Positions 60,668 to 64,000 of a stretch of 64,000 bases of DNA are shown here, one piece after another (position 1 is the first letter of the stretch; the number at the start of each line of letters is the position of its first letter). The translations under genes were made by a program, and so were the position numbers. The notes under the pieces are model-generated. The model did no database searches, was not told the origin of the DNA, and saw only the letters and a program-made list of their open reading frames with translations. Location of the stretch: contig OZ176055.1 in assembly GCA_964247055.1 (NCBI GenBank), forward strand, positions 9,486,001 to 9,550,000, read 5' to 3'. The DNA comes from Paragordius varius. Taxonomy: Eukaryota; Animalia; Nematomorpha.

Positions 60668-63514
60668 CATTTACAATTCAAATTTACCCTTGAACAATTC
60701 AAGAGGCAAAGGATTAAAAAGTAAAAGGCTATCATTCATTTCATATGGAAAAGCATATTTTTAGGCCCCTAATTTTTTTTACTATATGGCCTGTGGGAAA
60801 ACAGTTTTTATAACTGAAAAATTGCATATAATCTTTATTAATAATCATAAGAATTGGAAAAAAACAAGGATCAAAAAACGATTTTCATTAAAATAATAGG
60901 AGTATCCTAAAAAATATTTAAATTGAATGTGATCTATATTGAATAATTTTCATAATTAAAAAAGCATATTTTTTTAACGAACTCTTACCCAAAGCGGCAT
61001 CTTCATCTGTGTTAAGTAATTTTCCTAGATCATTCCTATATTATGGAAAGACAAATTAAATAATTTTTATGTAATATAATTCAAACACAATTATTGTGTT
61101 AATAAAAATGCGCTAAAAAAATAAACTTTTTAGTATATTTAGCCAATTTTTCTTGTAAAATGGGTATCCGAGTAGGTGCACCAAATAGCAAAATTTGGGA
61201 AATATCATCCTGTATAAAATCGTACAGTAAAAAATAAAATTATTAAGATAAAATTTTACTTTGAAAAAGAAAACCATACTTTCAAAAATTTCCTTAATTA
61301 CAAATGTAAATAGTTAGTGGAGTGTGTTATTAGTAAATTATATATTTATTCCTTATTTAGCAATCCAAAACGATAGTTTATATTAAAATTTAAAGTTAAA
61401 AAAGTATGGATGATTATATGAAAAAATACTATTTCTCTTACTTTAAACTTTCTATAATTTCAATTTCAATGTACAAATTATTAATAAAAAAAAGAAAAGG
61501 CAAAAATTTTACTAAAGAGATTTCTGCAGATTTAACAGCCGTTTCTATAGGTTCTGTCGCCCGATCAAACAAATCCTGACAAAGCGTTTCAAAATCTTTA
61601 CGAGTAACTTCGATATCCAAATTTAACTCATCCACAATGTGTTCAACCTAAACATATATATAAATTTTTAGAATTATATAAAATTAGTTTTTTTTGACAT
61701 TTTGATTTATGTTAATTTTTGAAATAATATAGGCGTAAAAACATATAGCGAAAAAGTATAATGCAAACTATATAAATATACTCTTAAATTTCCCCTAAAA
61801 ACCCGTTCGAGGGATATTTTGAGAAATATTAAAAAATTTTAATAGGAAATATTGCTTATTTCACACTTTAATAGGGAAATTTGCAAAACAATAGTGTATG
61901 GAAAAAACCAAAAAATTTTGAAAAAACAATTATATCTTTTCTTTTTTCCATACACTCCTGTGCTGCAAATTGTCCAACTATAGTGCAAAATAAGCGCCCA
62001 TAAAAATGTACTCTATATGCAGGATATGAAGAAAAAAAATCGACAGCTTTATACTGTTTATATTGAGCTGCAAAATTTGGCCATTTATTTTATGGTTATT
62101 TGCGCCTTATTTTTGAAAATTTATTCATACCATTTACAACTCATATTCACCCTCAAGCAATTGAAATTTATCCTTGAAATAACTCAAATTCACCCTTGAA
62201 CGGGTGTTTTCGGACTAATAAAACTCATCATTAATATAAATTATTATTTTTTGGGCATAGTTATTTATTTTTTTCAAAATTATGTTGACATTAAACGTAA
62301 TTTAGACGTATAAGAATAAATAGGCTATTTTTAATAGTAACTTACAAATAATTTATTTTAGGGTGAATTGGAATTGGGGGGAGGGGAATTATAAATGGTT
62401 TATATATCCAATAAATCATATAGACTTGGTTATATTAGACATACACAATCATTGATAAATGTGATCCGGTCAACACTGAAAACAATCAAGTTAATAAAAA
62501 CTAGTTATATTAAATTTGAGTTAAGTTTTACATCTAGTAATTTGATTATTAAGTGCTTAATTAAAATTTATAGTATATTCGTTAAAAATGATTACCTTGG
62601 CCCTTGTATAAGTGTTGGCTGATAGTATTTTCATAACCTTACCTGCCTCAATATAAAGTTTCATCATAGCTTTTGCGTTTTGAGTTACGTCAATTAATTT
62701 ATTTTTTTCAGTTTGGGTGGATGATATGGTTTGTTCATTAAATTTTGTAGCTAAGTAATCACGTAGTCTAAGTTGAAAATTTCGACCCCCAATAGATCGA
62801 TCAAATCTAAAGTAAGTATTTTGCAAAAATATCATATAACTAAACATATTATACTGTAATATTTGAAAACCAAAAAAATCAATGTTTTTTAGTAAAGCGG
62901 CGTAATTTAAAAAGCAGTAGTTGCAATAATATTTATTAAATTTTAACCTTAAGGAAATACGATTCAAAAAATAGTATCTTTTTGGTTTATAATTAGAATT
63001 TAAGATTATGGTTTTAGCTTAGGGACAATCTTTTACATTTCACAAATATATACCATTTACAATTCAAATCAAAAACAATTCAAATTCACCCATAAACAAT
63101 TCTCACCCTTACCTTCAAATAAATTACATGTTTTAAGATTAAAAATTACCTATATTTAAATATATTTTTTTTAAAAAATTTTGTTTTGAATTAAAATAAT
63201 ACTGAAAAAATAATATAAGCCACAAAGAATATTTTATATTAATAATGATTTATTTTAGTTCGAAAACATATTTAATTTTAGGGTGAATTACGAGGGTGAA
63301 TTTGAATTGTACAAGGGTGAATTTGAACTGTAAATGGTATATTATTATATCTTTTATAATTTAACTTTCCATATCGTACTGTAAAAATTTATTATTTTTT
63401 TTAACATATAAAAATCATTTAAAACAAAAAACTTATACCCTAGACCCTTGACTGTTAATTGAGGTTGTAATCCGGTTAATGAACTGGAAGAATTCGCTTG
63501 AACCATTTGAAATG
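55884..63514 (-). CDS. HYOU1: Hypoxia up-regulated protein 1 (GRP170/ORP150, ER Hsp70-family chaperone); 5' part lies beyond the window
   Basis: 16 exons: 63514-63439, 62806-62596, 61647-61513, 61209-61127, 61035-60989, 60623-60538, 60465-60338, 60200-60090, 59673-59526, 59146-59095, 58818-58589, 58273-58131, 57709-57496, 57035-56811, 56507-56228, 55996-55884. Peptides: FDRSIGG..LRLRDYLA, EAGKVMKILSAN, TRKDFETLCQDLFDR, NTDEDAALGAAYQAA, KRFIVKDAFPYPI, GIKVHFVFDES, RNSLEAAIF, C-terminal PEEL. Confidence 0.93.
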
Positions 63515-64000
63515 CTAAAATAAGATATAAATAAAAATATTTTTAACGATATACACAAAAAACTTGCAATATATGAATATCTAAAATACGGCATAACATA
63601 AAGAGGTTAAAAAAAATTTTTTTTATTGAACAAAAAAACGATATTTTGTAAACCGTATCGATATAATCGATTGTTTTTGGATATGAAATAAGGAATATTG
63701 AAGCACTTAAATTTATATTTTACTAAAAGGAAGAATTAGAAAAAACGTAACTGGGATCAAATATGGGTTTCTTTGTGAGATTTTTTTCAGACTTTTCCTT
63801 TTTATTCCCGTTTTTTTACTAAATCTGTTATACAGCTTCATAATGCAAAAACACAATTTCAGTAAAAATTTTATTTTGGCCCCAATTCCAAACAATTATG
63901 GATAGCGTAAAAAATGTTAAAACATTTGAAATAAATGGTTATAAAAGTATAATTTTAATGCTTGCTTTTTTTGTATGCAAAATAAATATACATAAATTTA

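Noticed and set aside
47790-63895. Hydrophobic F/I/L/Y/K-rich ORFs in introns (47790-48050, 58441-58686, 62017-62199, 62395-62622, 63713-63895)
   Set aside because: Their composition reflects AT-rich codons in MITE or intron sequence. The last lies upstream of the first traced HYOU1 exon but does not resemble the expected peptide.

Overview
This is very AT-rich animal genomic DNA, not prokaryotic. The ORF track shows only fragments, so I assembled the genes by hand from GT-AG exons. In order: an intronless single-pass membrane ORF and an intronless atypical rhodopsin-class GPCR (both -); an MTA-family NuRD subunit (+, 8338-16972); a doubtful small membrane-protein gene; ribonucleotide reductase large subunit RRM1 (-, 28311-18721); an 8.7-kb repeat nest; a Mn-type cation diffusion facilitator (+); a TSTD1-like rhodanese (-) head-to-head with cactin (+), start codons 41 bp apart; two decayed RTE-type LINEs; and the 3' part of HYOU1/GRP170 (-), which runs off the window. 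Non-coding DNA is dominated by three MITE families (A and D are Tc1/mariner-like; B has 21-bp subrepeats), two tandem arrays built from MITE-B, and (TA)n runs. Main observations: (1) ten 23-33-nt spliceosomal introns all lie within about 400 nt of a start codon, while none of about 55 other introns is shorter than about 69 nt; (2) several long introns reduce to micro-intron size once one MITE is subtracted, suggesting a compacted genome re-inflated by MITEs; (3) a 1.83-kb element with a central 58-bp array, a (CAAGTAAA)3 end and an apparent 11-bp target duplication sits on the RRM1 start codon. The species cannot be fixed from sequence alone. Micro-introns of this size are reported for dicyemid mesozoans, so a reduced parasitic invertebrate is my inference. 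All splice calls are manual and need RNA confirmation.
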